Positions 11,661 through 26,449 of a DNA stretch of 64,000 nt are shown one piece after another (position 1 is the first letter of the stretch; each line of letters begins with the position of its first letter). Made by a program: the position numbers and the translations under genes. The stretch covers positions 37,262,001 through 37,326,000 of the forward strand of contig OX597816.1 in NCBI GenBank assembly GCA_951406725.2. Reading direction: 5' to 3'. The notes below the pieces were generated by a model. It had not been told where the DNA came from, did no database searches, and saw only the letters and a program-made list of their open reading frames with translations. Origin of the DNA: Octopus vulgaris. Its lineage: Eukaryota.

Positions 11661-13761
11661 CACATTAAATGTCATAACCAGGGATGTACTAATCTCAAAT
11701 TCACTTTTAAAGTATGGAGAGTACTTTTTTCCTGACTTATGCACACTTAACCAATATGTGTGTGTATGTGTGTACGTGTGAGAGGGGGGAAGAGAGAGAG
11801 AGTGTGTGTGTGCGTGTGCATTTATATGCGTGCGAGCGAGCGTAAGTGTATGCATGTACGCAATTTTCGATCTTATCCCTGCTGCTTGGATATAATTTCA
11901 ACTAGCGATATCAGTGAATTACTACCAGAAAATTAAAATTCCTTTAATATGGTATTCAAGACTGAATTCGAAATGAGAAATACCCTTCTAGCGAAATAAG
12001 AGTTATTCTTCGCAGTTAAGTAAACACACGCACAAACACACAGAGTCAGATGAACACACACATACACACACACAGAGTCAGATGAACACATAGACATACA
12101 ATTTCCTTATTTACACACACACACACATACTGTATAAACCCGGTGTAAGCAATGTTAGCCATTATTCTGTTCTCAGTTTTCGGTTGGTTGGCTTTTCTCT
12201 GTCCATGTTCTGGTTCATTGGTTACTGAAAGATATCCGATTTACATAGCTTTGTTGCATTTCCGCTTCACCGAGTAATTTTCGGTGCATTTCTTCGACGC
12301 CATTACTATTTCTCCGCATCTATTGTAACTACATCTCTCAGTTTATAATTATATAATTATATCTGAAATACACAACCTTATTATTAAACTGGTATAATAC
12401 TGTTGCATCATGTTGCTTTCATTCGTTTCGTCCAACCAACGAAATACAGATGGCCAATATTACATCTAATAATTTTCTCTGGAAAACTGATTAAGTCTTT
12501 TTGAAGCATGAAAATCACTTATAATCCAAGTATTATTGGTGATGTTTACGTATTTTAGTATATGTTTACATCAATAATGACACACTGCAACCTCTATAAA
12601 CAGAGACCAAATAAAAGATACATTTAGCAATAATCTAATACTAACATTAACCTAAAAGTAAATGGTGAGCATATGCTTTGTTTTATTTTAGGTTTGGTAA
12701 GAGTTAATATAAGAAAGATAATTGGATATATATACAAATAAAGAAAATTAAATAAGGCCTCGGAATAATCTATTATTAATACTCGAGAATTTCCATACAC
12801 GTTCACTTGGTTATCATTGATAATCTTGCTATATGAAAGGGAAAATCAATCGATTTTGGCTCAGATCCGAATAATCATTCTTAGAGAAAACAATGGAATT
12901 ACAGAAAGTATAGAATCTCTTGCAGTACTTAGCTACACTCCGTTATATTCTGAGTTCAAATCCTGTTGGGGACAACTTGGCCTTTCGTATTTTGAGATCG
13001 CTGAAACATATGCCAGCCATATTTTGGTGTGTATAATGAACTTTATCTCATACTGTTCTACGACTAGGGACGTACAAGGCTGTTTTCTACATATGTTTAG
13101 TGACTGCGTATTTGACTTCTTGAAAATAGTGTAACCAGGATATATCCTGTTGAGAGAAAAGATTAAACTGTTTGGGAAAGAGTATAACTTGCTTTGTAAG
13201 GCATTGTTTGGTGTTAATGGAAGAAATATCATAAGGGCCAGTGACCTTATTTGTTTGAAGGACTTAGTGGTATTGTTCCTGATGTCGCTGTACAACGACA
13301 TGAGGCGTTCAAGATGTGACCTTTCTGTATTTCATACCAGATGTAATGTACCCAGGGACCTCTCTATCTATTTGTCTTCTGGGTTGTTAAAGTTGCTGGT
13401 CAAATGCGATATATTTTGCTATTATACATGCTCCACGTTTGACTCAAATCTCTCGTTGTTTGAGAACCTGTAAGTTTTGTACAGTTGTGAGAGAATATTC
13501 TATAGTAAGATTGATGAGATGAAGATAGAACGATTCGGAAGAATTTGTTTTTGAGGAATTGTTTGTGCTGAATGCAAAAACCATTTGGGACCGTTTTATA
13601 TGGAAATACTACTTGGGAGTAATCAGAGGTGATGGCTATGAGTAGGCACATTCTACAAAATTGGTACAGCTTATCTCGACGCGTCTTGATATGCGACAGA
13701 AAGAACTGCAATTTCTGAAGGCTTAAAAGGCTGCAAAATGTGGCACGAATGAAGTCATTCT

Positions 13762-13861
13762 ATGCAAGAATTTTGATGTTTGTTCTAAGTTACCCATGCA
13801 AGAATTTTGATGTTTGTTCTAAGTTACCCATGCAAGAATTTTGATGTTTGTTCTAAGTTAC
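13762..13861. repeat. 34-bp tandem repeat, about 3 copies
   Basis: ATGCAAGAATTTTGATGTTTGTTCTAAGTTACCC repeated head to tail. Confidence 0.95.
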
Positions 13862-14544
13862 TCAAGTAATAGAGGTTTATGAGTTTCTTCATGCTCTGTA
13901 AACTGTGTTCGTTTGTATTGTTGTAGTGTATAAATACAGTTGTGATAGTGATTGTAAGTTGTATAGGTGTTAAAGGTAGGTGGGTTTGTCGTGTATTGTA
14001 AACTGTGTAAAATGTTTCCTTAACATGCCCTACTGTACTGAAACAATATACACTAAGAATACGGAGGGGCAGTTAGTTTTAAGGTATTTAATTGTGTAAA
14101 TGACGTAACCAAAATTCTCCGATAGTCTGGATGGGGTAACAGTGAACCACATCTACTACGAAGATCATTACGCATAAAACAGGTAAAAATCCAAACATTT
14201 GTTTGACGTGATTTAACGAACGAAAAGTTTCGATGATGTGGAGGGGGTCTTTCGCGTATATTGAGGCATGAAGGGCAGCTTTGAATTATTAAAAGCCACA
14301 GGAACCTTTTGGGCCGGTGTTTTTGAGGTTTGAGTATCTGTTAGTCGGTAGTGATTCTAAACGTTGCGCAGGGTAGAGAAAGGTAAGAAATTTAGTTTCT
14401 CTTCAGGGACCACGGTGTTGGAGGAAAACAAGATTAAAGAATTATTATTTGTAAACAGTGAAATTACTATTTTTTTAGTATAAAAAAGAAATATTGTGTT
14501 GAATGAAAAGTTTTGCGATATAGTTAGTAACTTAATAGAAGTGC

Positions 14545-15012
14545 TTAAGAAAGGCATAGCAACCGACGGGCTGGCAGCGAGAATGGCTTTGGACCAAATC
14601 TTCAACACTAAACACGAATAATGCATTGTCAGAGTCAAGGTGCGTACTCTAAGACAAGAAGGAACGAAATCCACTCAATGGGCCCGAGTGGCAGAGGCAC
14701 AACGTGGCAACAAATCCACAATTTGGTTTTTAGTGAACCAAAATGGACGTACGGTACTCGAGCCCGAACAGATAGATGCGACTTTTCAGCAGCACTTTGC
14801 CCAGCTGTTTGTGACGAATGGCAATCCGGAACGCAGGATGTTCTTTAATGCCTACCTCAAAAACATGCCACGACTCTCGGCAAGGGGTGATGGGGCGAAG
14901 TGTTGCAAAATGCCGATAACTGCCGCAGAAATACGGAATGAGATGGTGGATTGCTCAGCGGTAGAGAAATTCGCCTGGTTTGGATGATCTGCCCTACGAG
15001 CTTTACTGTATG
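14545..15012 (+). mobile_element. L1/Tx1-clade LINE ORF2 fragment (tether to RT start)
   Basis: IDATFQQHFAQLF..PITAAEI.. followed by frameshifted KSPGLDDLPYELY. Confidence 0.8.
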
Positions 15013-17274
15013 CTTTCGTTTAATCCATGTTGGCATAGGAAACGGATCTAGTTCTATGAGTCTTAGCTATGTGTATTCGTTAGTTGGTCTTGGTTTTTTT
15101 CTGTTGTGCTTAAAGTACTCAAAATGGATGTTCAGAAGTAAGTATTTTTCCTGCTCTCAATGAATATTTGTTCGATCCAAGGAAACAGTTTCCTGGTATA
15201 GGTCTCCTGTATCATTGCCTCTATCTGCGAATATATTAGTATTTTGTGAAGTCATTGAATTATCAAGTGTAACTTCAATAATGCTGTGGAAATTATTATA
15301 CTACTTTTCTTGAACAGAAGTGAGCTGATCTATACTACCTGTTCTTATAAACATTTCTGTATGTTTAAAACATTTTTTTTTTGTAATCGCGGGAGAAATT
15401 AAGGTTGTATTAACACGCCAAGATTCTTTGAATAATTCTTAGTCATCTCTTTAATAAAAAGATTATCTGAATCTCCAACAAATTAAATCGAAGCTTAAGC
15501 TTACTTAAACTAAATTAAACTATTAAATTATTAATGAAACTAATGATTGAATTAATAATTAAATTTAATTATTTATGCCCAATTCTCTTTTGTTTATTCT
15601 AATACAATATTTGACAATCTGATTATATTTGTCGAAGCCGTTTATTAACATATTATTCACAAAATTCAAGTTATTTATATGATGCATTCTGTTCAAGTTA
15701 ATAGCCTTGTGCTGCTGCTGCTATGTTCTTTTTTTATTTGGACAAAACAACGAATTTTTCTCTCAAACTGCCTGTTTCTTTTATTTTATCTTTCCTAAGA
15801 AAAGGCTTTCCTCGAAGAAGCTCAAAAGTAACAAATATAATACTTTTTTTCTTTGGACGAGAATGCCGTTAGCTATATTGCTGCTCGGTTATTGCACTAC
15901 CTAATGCAAAATATTCCCAGGATCATTCAGATAATGTGGACGTTGATATGTGAATAACGATGCTACTTGGTTAAAGAGGTAATCAATAGAAACCACTGTT
16001 ATTTATACAAATATTCTACCTTTAAGCATACATATAACTCTTATAACATGAGGACGTTGGTAAATCCTAAATTTAACACAAAGATTCTAATGCAATATAT
16101 TCAGCTAATAAAGAAATATCTGGAGCATACAAAAAACAGGAGCGTAAAGAACCAAAAAGGAAAACGTTTTTGATATTGGGATTTACTGACTTTCAGTTAT
16201 AACTGACAAACTTACATTGCTGAAAACATTAATATGATTTATATGTCCCTTAATTTAGCGACGTGGAAAAGTTAATTTGATTTTGTTTTTGTTGTGAAGG
16301 TCGTCTCTCGAATGATGTATGATATTAGTAGTTGCAGAAATTTGTACTTCAATAGCTGCAGATCTATGTTTGATGTAATAATTCGTTGCATCCGACCACG
16401 GTTGCATGCAGCATAGAAGCGTGTGTATATATTACACAATTATAGAGTGGAAAGAAAAAAATATATATACGATATCTTTAGTGGGGAAAGGTAAATTATT
16501 AAAAGGCCTGGAATCCAGGTGGGTGATAAACGTTGGTATGGTAAAAACTTGTAAATTTTTTTTAGTGAACTCAGCTACAGTTGGAGGCAGTGTCCGAGTT
16601 GCCGGTAAAAGTCTACCTTATTTGGTTCCAAAGCTGCTATGGAAATACTTCAGAGATAGTTATCTGTCCATCGCTGCTTTACCTCTTGTGACTCACGCTG
16701 TCATGATGACTCACCGCACTATGACTCCATATTAATGTCAGATCTGTATCAACTGAGCCTGCTGACTAACATGTAAGGTCATCTATGAGACACGCTACTT
16801 AAGAGTAATATTCTTTACTATACTGTGGGGACGACTTGCTGATTAGAGACAAGGGCACATTTGCTAAGTGATGACAAAGGCTCATTTGTTACGGTCGACA
16901 ATCTAGTTGATTTGTCGCAAAGAAAATAATACAGGTATGTCTATTGGTACCAATGTGTCTGAGAGTGTGATCAGCTGTTGCATTATTCGTTTGGACCGAA
17001 AGTTGATAATGTGGGCAACTTTACTGATGTGAAACAATTCGTTAGGTATCATACCGTTATTTAAATATACAAACTAAAAATTTAAAGATCTACTCTCTAG
17101 TGACAAGCTGCTTCCAATATAACAGGATAATCTTTTGGCCAAATGTTAAAAATAGGAATAGAACATACTCAATGAAATTTTATAAACATTTTGTTGAAAT
17201 CATAATGTTACAGAATGAATATAAAAGTATTCTTTTATCTTATGTACTAGGCGTACATTTATTACTCTATTTCA

Positions 17275-17688
<414 letters not shown>

Positions 17689-17710
17689 CACACACACACA
17701 CACACGTCCG

Positions 17711-17768
<58 letters not shown>

Positions 17769-17772
<4 letters not shown>

Positions 17773-17952
17773 CGATTAAGGAAACAGAAGATGCAATTGG
17801 TATCAGTCTTTATTCAGCACGACGATCGTTTCGACCCATCCTGCGACTGTCCTTTATGGGTGGGATGTTGTGCATCATATTGTGCTGCATCAATTTTAGA
17901 GTCTGTGTCACGTCAGGTACATGCATGCATAAAATGGGATCCCGCTAAAATA
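17769..17952 (-). repeat. Left arm of inverted repeat (partner 20822-21007) with hammerhead-like fold at 17817-17920
   Basis: Diverged reverse complement of 20822-21007; GTAC-CTGACGT..GGGTC-GAAA-CGATCG-TC-GTGC. Confidence 0.8.
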
Positions 17953-19089
17953 TCGACCAGATGCATGCACGCAAATAAGCACACCTTCACACAATATGAT
18001 TGAAATAACACCTAACAAATACAAAGTAAACACAAAAAAAACATATATAACCCCGACAATTTGAATTCACCGCTTCCCCACCCCTGAGCGACAGTTTCAT
18101 GAACAACAATCCCTGGAACTTATACCACGGAAAAACCGGATGATAATACTACAACGTATACTATGTAAACTTAGACAGCATACTCTAGTTATAAATACTC
18201 AATATATCTCTTATAACAAGTCATTGATATTATTATTGATATTATTATCATTGATATTATTATTGAATATGACATAAAAAAATGGATGTACAATCTTTGC
18301 TATTCTATATCTTAAACATGTTGTGAAGTGTGTCCAAACTTTTGATATGTTTGTATATGTTTGTATATGTTTATATATTTATATATGTTCATATATGACA
18401 CTTTCAGAATGCGATCGTAGACTGAATAACTACAGAGCCAAAAATATGCTTAAATATGCTCGTGCATGTTTACATATTTATACATATTCATTTATGATAC
18501 TTTCTGAAAGCGACCGAATGTCACTAAAGTATATTAACAAAAACGTAATGAAATGAATAACTAAAGAGACAAAAAGAATACATATGTGTGTATATGTACA
18601 CAATGACATTGATGGATATGTTTATGTATTGGTGTATATGTACGTGTACGTATGTGTGTGTGTATGTGTATATATATGTACATGCGTATGTATGTGTGGG
18701 TGTGTGGATGTAGGGCTTGGCAGGTGGATATGTGTACGTTTGGCAGGTGGATATGTATAGGAGTGGATATGTGTACGTTTGCATGTGTACAGATGCATGT
18801 AGGTATCCATTGATATGTATGTATATGTGTATTTATGTATGCGTGTATATACGTGTGCGTAGGTATTTGTGTATACTTATGCATATGTATATGTGGATAT
18901 ACGTGTGTCAGTGCGCACACATGCACACACATATACGCACTGGCACGCGATGTGTATATGTATGTACGTATGTATGTATGCTTTTATGTATGTATGTATG
19001 TATGTATGTATGTATGTATGAGCAGATTTGTATGTTTTATGTATACATTCTCATCTATATAGTTGCATATCTAGATATACTCATATATA

Positions 19090-20090
19090 TTTAAATGATA
19101 AACTTCTGGAAAGTTTTACAGAATATTACAGTTCTAGTGATGGATTGGATCTGTAGTCTTCGAATTAGCTTTCTCCTTTCTGGATTTGAGAAGCCTAATT
19201 TCTCAAGATTCGTATTTAAACCTGAACTTGTAATCTGGATAGAGTAACTGCAGATTTCTCAATAGTTCAGCATAGGTGTTCTTTTCACTGATCTGCTTTA
19301 TGTTAATTTCCACAACTTTGCACAGTTTCTCTTCTCTATCCGAAATCATTATATCAGGTCTGTTATGCTTACATTTTATAGAGGTCTTCACTGTTACATT
19401 CCACCAGTATTCCTTTTTGTTATGAGTGGCTATGGCTTCAACCATATTGTAGGTTCTTATTTCTTTGTCCTCAAGATTATCCTTCCGAAGGATTTCATTA
19501 TAGTGTCCTAGCTACAACATGATGTATCATCGATAGATAATACCATGATGATATTTTCGGACAACTGCTTATGATGAGGGTGATATCTTCAGTGCACTTT
19601 AGAAAATCTGCATCGGTTGACACGTTTTACTGCTTTTCCTGCCTTTCTATATGTTTAGTGCATCAGGTACTTGGTTTATATTTTCTATTCCTGGATTGCA
19701 AACGTATACCCTTCAAAGTGGGAGGTAGTAATCCGGCTGTGGGTCCATGATAAACTGCTTTGATGATTGATGTTACTACCATCACGGAGCTCTCTGCTAA
19801 CATATCCATGCATAGTCTTCTGCTCATACAGGCTCATCCTTTCATCTGATGATACGTTGCCGTAGAGTCGTCCGATTTCTTTAGGCATATATTCTAGGTT
19901 ATTAGACAAAGACCGTTGCTCAAGGAGCTGCCTTCCAAGTCTTATGATATTATCAGCCCCATGTATGCAAACTTAGTCAAGAGATGCACTTTGACACTTG
20001 GTGGTTAAAAGATGTTCCCGAAGAGATATGATACGACATTCAACGGCATTTTCGATCGATGTTAAGCCTCTGTCGCCTTCTTTTCGTTAT
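19090..20090 (-). mobile_element. R4/Dong-like non-LTR retrotransposon 3' part (Zn knuckle + restriction-like endonuclease)
   Basis: MHGYV..SLSW..HFEGYTFAIQE, CRF..EDITLIISSCP, YWWN..CKHNRPDIMI.D..C.VVEI; flanked by microsatellites. Confidence 0.8.
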
Positions 20091-20156
20091 GTATGTAATG
20101 ATATATATGTGCATGTGTGTGTATAGATAGTTTGTGTGTATATGTATATGGGTACG

Positions 20157-20200
<44 letters not shown>

Positions 20201-20853
20201 GTGTGTAAGTATGTGGGTGTATAAATATACAATGGTATACGTATAGAGTTAAATATGCCACTATGAGTGTATACACATGTATACATATACTTCTATACAT
20301 ACGAGTGTGTCAGGTCATCTGTGACTGATGGATGAAACTACAACGAAGCGTACCATAGATAAAGCACACACGACACCTACCAAGACCCTGCCTTGATCTT
20401 AAAGTAACTGTGACGACAGATCTTTACAGTCGTTATCTGATGGTTATAAATCGTAGGACAGTAAGAGTTTACGGCGTACGTGGGTCAGAGTAACCGTGGG
20501 TACCCACATCTCTGTATGGATGTGTGTGTATGTGTTTGTGCATGTGTGTGTATGTGTCTATACACATTCCCCGTGTTAGCAAGTGTAGTACCTCATCTCT
20601 CATTAAACTTAATGCATCTAATCCTTCTTTAATAGGCCTCACTTTATATTTCTTTCCCATATACTTTCTCTTGTATATTTTGTTTTCTACAGTTTATATG
20701 TTTATATTTACAATTTATTTACAATTTATTTGTTGTGAATATTTAGCATAAAGGCAATTGTAGCAAAGCTACATTCTCTAATAAGGTGAGCAAAAAGCAA
20801 CATGACTGCCTAAACTCAATATTTTTTAGCGAAACACCACTTTATGTATGCGT

Positions 20854-20957
20854 GTACCTGACGTGGCCCAGACGGCAAAATTGGTGCGATACAATATAAT
20901 GCACAGCATCCCAACCACAAAGGACACTCGCAGGATGGGTCGAAACGATCGTCGTAC
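20854..20957 (+). ncRNA. Type I hammerhead-like fold, core CUGACGU, loop II of about 65 nt
   Basis: GTAC-CTGACGT-GGCCCA..TGGGTC-GAAA-CGATCG-TC-GTAC; all three stems pair. Confidence 0.7.
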
Positions 20958-21249
20958 GGAACGAAGATTAATTCCAGATCCATCTTCTGTTTCTTGAATC
21001 AATTATTACCTGAACTAACCCTTTGGAATTCCTGAGGTAAATCCAACGAAAATATAACCCAATTGCGGATAACACCAGATAGCTCAAACCGTGCTAGTGC
21101 TTTACTCAACACGTCAACACACGAATTGATATATAGCCATTAGTCCAAAAGTTATATATATATATATATGTATATACATTTATACATAGTATATATATAC
21201 TATATGCATTTATATATAGTATATATAAAAATTGAATAAATGCACCCTT

Positions 21250-21460
21250 TTAAAGCCTAGTTTCAATGGAGTATGTGTTCCCCAGCTGGATGGGACGCCA
21301 GTCCATTGCAGCGTTACTCATTTTTGCCAGCGGAGTGGACTGGAGCAACGTGAAATGAAGTGTTTTGCTCAAGCACACAACGCGTTGCCCGGTTCAGGAA
21401 TCGAAACCACAATCTTACGATCATGATGCTGACACCCTAACCACTAAACCACGCGCCTCC
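21250..21460 (-). mobile_element. SINE family C
   Basis: tRNA-like head GGCGCGTGGTTTAGTGG..GGTTTCGATTCC, then GTTGTGTGCTTGAGCAAAACAC. Confidence 0.8.
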
Positions 21461-21490
21461 ACATACACACACACACACACACACATATAT

Positions 21491-21582
<92 letters not shown>

Positions 21583-21835
21583 TGTGTATATATATATACA
21601 TATATACATATATATATATATGTGTGTGTGCGTGTGTGTGTGTATACATGCGGCTGTGTGCGTTTGGGCGTGTATTATGTATATACATTGGTATGCGTCT
21701 GTATCTTTCTTATGTATGTGTGTGTGAGTGCGTGTGTGTGTGAGTGCGTGTGTGTGTGTGCATATATTTTTCTGCTGAAGTACGATTTTGGCAAGTATTT
21801 TGAAGTTTAGTGTAAACTGTAAACTGCCTTTCTCT

Positions 21836-22208
21836 TTATCTTTTATCTTTAACTTGTTTCGGTCATTAGACTAGGGCCATACTGGGGCACCACCTTGAAG
21901 CCTGGTAGTTATTCTATCAGACATTGTTTGTCGAACTGCTAAGGTTGCGGGGACATAAACATACCTATATGGGTTGGCTAGCGGTCATGAGGTACAAACA
22001 CAGAGACAAAGATACACACACACATAGATACGACAGGCTTCTTTTAGTTTCCGTCTAAAAAATCCACACATCGCAGCCTTTTTTGTTTTTGTTTTTTGCC
22101 CGAGGCTGCTGTAGAAAACACTTTTCCAAGCTACAAGACACTGGGATTGAACCCGAAACCATTTGGTTGAGAAGCAAACTTCTTAACACGCAGCCAGGCC
22201 TGCGCCCA
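21836..22208 (-). mobile_element. SINE family A, diverged
   Basis: Colinear with other family A copies. Confidence 0.8.
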
Positions 22209-22444
22209 TATTCCCGAAGTATATTTCACAGACATTTAGAATAATCAAATGATGATGAGCGTCTGACTTGAATGTTTCCAAAATATTGAATTCAGGTAAT
22301 TGCACTTCAATACAGGAAATTACAACATGCGTTAAAATTACTCACAAGGTACAAATGTATGTATGTGTATACGTGTACATATATGCGTATACATTTATGT
22401 ATGGCTGAATCTGTGCACATATGTACGTACGTATGTGTATATTC

Positions 22445-22859
22445 TTTTATTCTTTTGTTCTTTTACTTGTTTCAGTCATTTGACTGCGGCCATGCTGGAG
22501 CACTGCCTTTAGTCGAGCAAATCGACCCCAAGACTTATACTTTGTAAGCCTAGTACTTATTCTATCGGTCTCTTTAGCCAAACCGCTAAGTTACGGGGAC
22601 GTAAACACACCAGCATCGGTTGTCAAGCGATGTTGGGGGGGGGACAAACACAGACACACAAACATATACACACACATATATATATATATAAATACATATA
22701 TACGACAGGCTTCTTTTCAGTTTCCGTCTACCAAATCCACTCACAAGGCTTTGGTCGGCCCGAGGCTATAGTAGAAGACACTTGCCCAAGGTGCGACGCA
22801 GTGGGACTGAACCCAGAACCATGTGGTTGGTAAGCAAGCTAATTACCACACAGCCACTC

Positions 22860-22861
<2 letters not shown>
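22445..22861 (-). mobile_element. SINE family A, near full length
   Basis: Head, internal TA/TG tract and tail all present. Confidence 0.92.
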
Positions 22862-22906
<45 letters not shown>

Positions 22907-23466
22907 TTTGTTTGCGTGTAATTACTGACATATGGACTCAACCACTTACACGTCCGTTCAGCAAATGCATGTAGTATATTTGATCGAACAACTGAAAGCT
23001 CATCGTCGCAACTGGCGGAGGAACTACAAAATGTACGTATGCTTATTTTCTTGGTTTATCTCCATATTTCCCTTTTGCAGCAAAGATTATATTTCAATAG
23101 GAAAACGAAGAGAAAGGAAGAAACATATGGGAAAGAGCAACAAAAATGAAGACAACGGAATTCAAAAGAAGAAAAAAATAAATAAATTGAAAAGAAAATA
23201 TAAGACTGAGAAAGAAGATAATAGGTCTTTTATTCCGTAGCAAAGTGTCCTGCATAAGGCCTTGTGGCCACACAATGAAAGTGAATTATGGAATATTGAA
23301 AGCAACGCATTTATAGATTTTAGTAAATGGCATATAGTCTGGAAGGTTATTTAACGAGTAGGAAAGAAAAACATTAAACAGAATATGCTGTTACCATTTT
23401 GTTTCTGTCAATGATACTCTTGAGAAACACGTGAACCTTAGGACGTATGATTTTTCTTCTCTCTTA

Positions 23467-23515
<49 letters not shown>

Positions 23516-23558
23516 CCCTGTTCTTTTTATTTCTTTTTGTCACAATCCATCAATATTT

Positions 23559-23615
<57 letters not shown>

Positions 23616-23767
23616 ACCTCTCTCTTTCTCTCAAATTCTTAGTTGCCCTCTGAGTATCGATAATATTGAGGAAAATCATGAATCCAAACACAAAAGCGTC
23701 ACACCCTTTACATTTTTCTTTCTTTCTGTTACCTTTCGCTCTCTCACTCTCTCTCCCTCTCTTCCCT

Positions 23768-23823
<56 letters not shown>

Positions 23824-24159
23824 GCTCAATCTAGATAAATCTCTTCCAGAAAGAATTCAACCTTACGACTCATCTCTTTGTCTATCAATCTCTCTACCTA
23901 GCTATCTAGTTAGCTATCTTCCTCTATAAGATATTAATTGCTCTCGCATATATTGAATAGAAGGCTACAGCATATATTGAATAGAATGCTACAATTAGAA
24001 TATCAGAATTCGAGCGCCCAAGGATGCATTGTTGCGATATAAGCTGTACAAAAATCAATCGGGAGACCTTGCTGACTCCTCATTAGATTTTAACCAGCTA
24101 CAAGCCAGGTGTTGTGAATTTTGGGTGTATGCACATCACACACACTCACATACACACAT

Positions 24160-24209
<50 letters not shown>

Positions 24210-24484
24210 TCATGCGTTTCTATGTATATATATATATAGATATATACATACATACAAACACATATATATGTACATATCTATATATATATATATACTTGTG
24301 TGTATACACACACACACACGCGCATATATATATGTATATATAGATATAGATATAGATATATGTCTCTGTACATGTGTTGGTTATGACGAACAAAAGAAAG
24401 ATTATTCAATAACACAAACACACAATGGGCTGTAATTGTTTATTCTGATGTAACAGTTCGGTGAATCATTCTAGATATTATTAT

Positions 24485-24544
24485 GATTGATTGATTGATT
24501 GATTGATAGATAGATAGATAGATAGGTAGTTAGATAGATAGATT

Positions 24545-24635
<91 letters not shown>
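24485..24635. repeat. (GATT)n/(GATA)n microsatellite
   Basis: Direct reading. Confidence 0.95.
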
Positions 24636-24636
<1 letters not shown>

Positions 24637-24637
24637 T

Positions 24638-25430
24638 TAGGTTGTTTCACATGAAATGTCGTACTTGAAAGATAGCAATAAAATGTTTCAGAAGTGTTAC
24701 AGAACTGAGTTATTTAATCAAAGTATATATCTTTTATCTTTTTAATCTTTTACTTGTTTCAGTCATTTGACTGCGGCCATGCTGGAGCACCGCCTTTAAT
24801 CGAGCAACTCGACCCCAGGACTTATTCTTTTGTAATCCCAGTACTTATTCTATCGGTCTCTTTTGCCGAACCGCTAAGTAACGGGGACATAAACACACCA
24901 GCATCGGTTGTCAAGCAATGCTAGGGGGACAAACACAGACACACAAACACACACGCTTATATATATATATACATATATACGACGGGCTTCTTTCAGTTTC
25001 CGTCTACCAAATCCACTCACAAGGCTTTGGTCGACCCGAGGCTATAGTAGAAGACACTTGCCCAAGGTGCCACGCAGTGGGACTGAACCCGGAACCATGT
25101 GGTTGGTTAGCAAGCTACTTATCACACAGCCACTCCTGCGCCTATGTTCCATTATCGTCTATAACGTTTACCCAACGTTTCTCTATGTCATGTACTCCAT
25201 CTTTAAAACAAAACTTATATTTTGCTGTGTAAACTGTCTGAATGCTTCAATTACCTCTTCCCTATCTAAGATTATTTTATTGCTTATGAAAAGCTCAAAA
25301 TGCTTAGATAAGTAATGACCAGTCGGGGAGATATCAGGGGAATGGGGAAAGATGTTGCAAAATCTCATAAATTAGGCTTTGCAACTTTTGGATTGTAGCT
25401 TAAGGAGTGTGACGAGGTGCATTGTCCACC
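24638..25430 (-). mobile_element. Mariner 3' remnant with TIR, interrupted by a SINE A
   Basis: FPHSPDISPT.HYL..KRWVNVIDDNGT|YFD* split by the SINE; end TTAGGTTGTTTCACAT recurs at about 35366. Confidence 0.75.
24730..25143 (-). mobile_element. SINE family A, full length
   Basis: Complete head to tail. Confidence 0.93.
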
Positions 25431-25744
25431 AGATCTCAACCCACTGGAATGTTACATATTGGGCGTAGAGAGGTCAATCAAAATCCCCATAACACCATAC
25501 ACTCTCTCAAAACCATATTAGCCAGCACTAATCCGAAATTGATAAAGATCATCTGATTCGAGTATGTCAGTGTCATATTAAAGAAGCCCTTGACGCTACC
25601 GATGGGTTCATTGAACAGGTGAGATAAAAGGATCCTCAAGATTATTTGTAACAATTTGCTTTCAAATACAGCTTCTCTTTGATAAGCTTTGCGTCTTTTT
25701 CTTGCAAAGTTCAAACAAATGACCTCAAAAATTCACTTCATCTT

Positions 25745-26367
25745 AGGTGTTACAAGGACCGGTTGGTTGGTCGCTTAGCTGCATCCCATGCATAATGATC
25801 AAGAGAGTTGCAGTTTGGGGAGTTAGGTGGCCAGGTATTAGGGGTAACGTGGTCGCAGAAATTATCTGACAGCCATGACTGGGTTCTCTTGCTTGTGTGG
25901 CATGGTGCAAAGTCCTGTTGCCAGACATACGGTCTTCCAGCAACCCTGCTATTGACAGTACTACCTCTTGCAGGCACTTGATGTAGGCCTCTGTGTTGAG
26001 TCCGAAGTTGTGTGGGAAGATGAATGGAAGCACAGCGTCGCCATCACTAGTGATCATTCCAGACACCATGATGTTGACTGGATGTTTGATTTTTATTGCT
26101 CTCAGTACATGCTTTGGGGACTCAGATTGACGGCTAACACTCAACACTCAATGCCCGTATTGGAAGTTCCGGGGTGAATACCAAGCGCTAGAGCATGTTG
26201 TTTGCAAATTTCTGGCATAGGAAATTGTGTCATGGTGTTGTTTTTCTGACAGACGGTGCCCAACTGCCCCTACTATACTGTGTAGTCAACAAAATAAAAA
26301 ATAAAAAACGATGCGCATACGCGAAATTAAAAATATAAAATGGCAACAATTAACCCATCGAATCCTG
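25745..26367 (-). mobile_element. maT/DD37D-like transposon remnant with one terminus
   Basis: KHPVNIMV.G.I.SDG, RPYVWQQDFAPCH, WPPNSPNCNSLDHY; terminus TA|CAGGATTCGATGGG. Confidence 0.8.
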
Positions 26368-26401
26368 TATATATATATATGTATGTGTGCGTGTGTATGT
26401 A

Positions 26402-26449
<48 letters not shown>

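Noticed and set aside
12933-13720. Overlapping ORFs of about 100 aa as genes
   Set aside because: No recognisable domain; more likely decayed retroelement sequence that I cannot classify.
13762-13861. 34-bp repeat as a CRISPR array
   Set aside because: Units are contiguous with no spacers, there are no cas genes and the context is eukaryotic.
16685-16730. Two TGACTCA (AP-1-like) sites as an enhancer
   Set aside because: Short motifs expected by chance; no other support.
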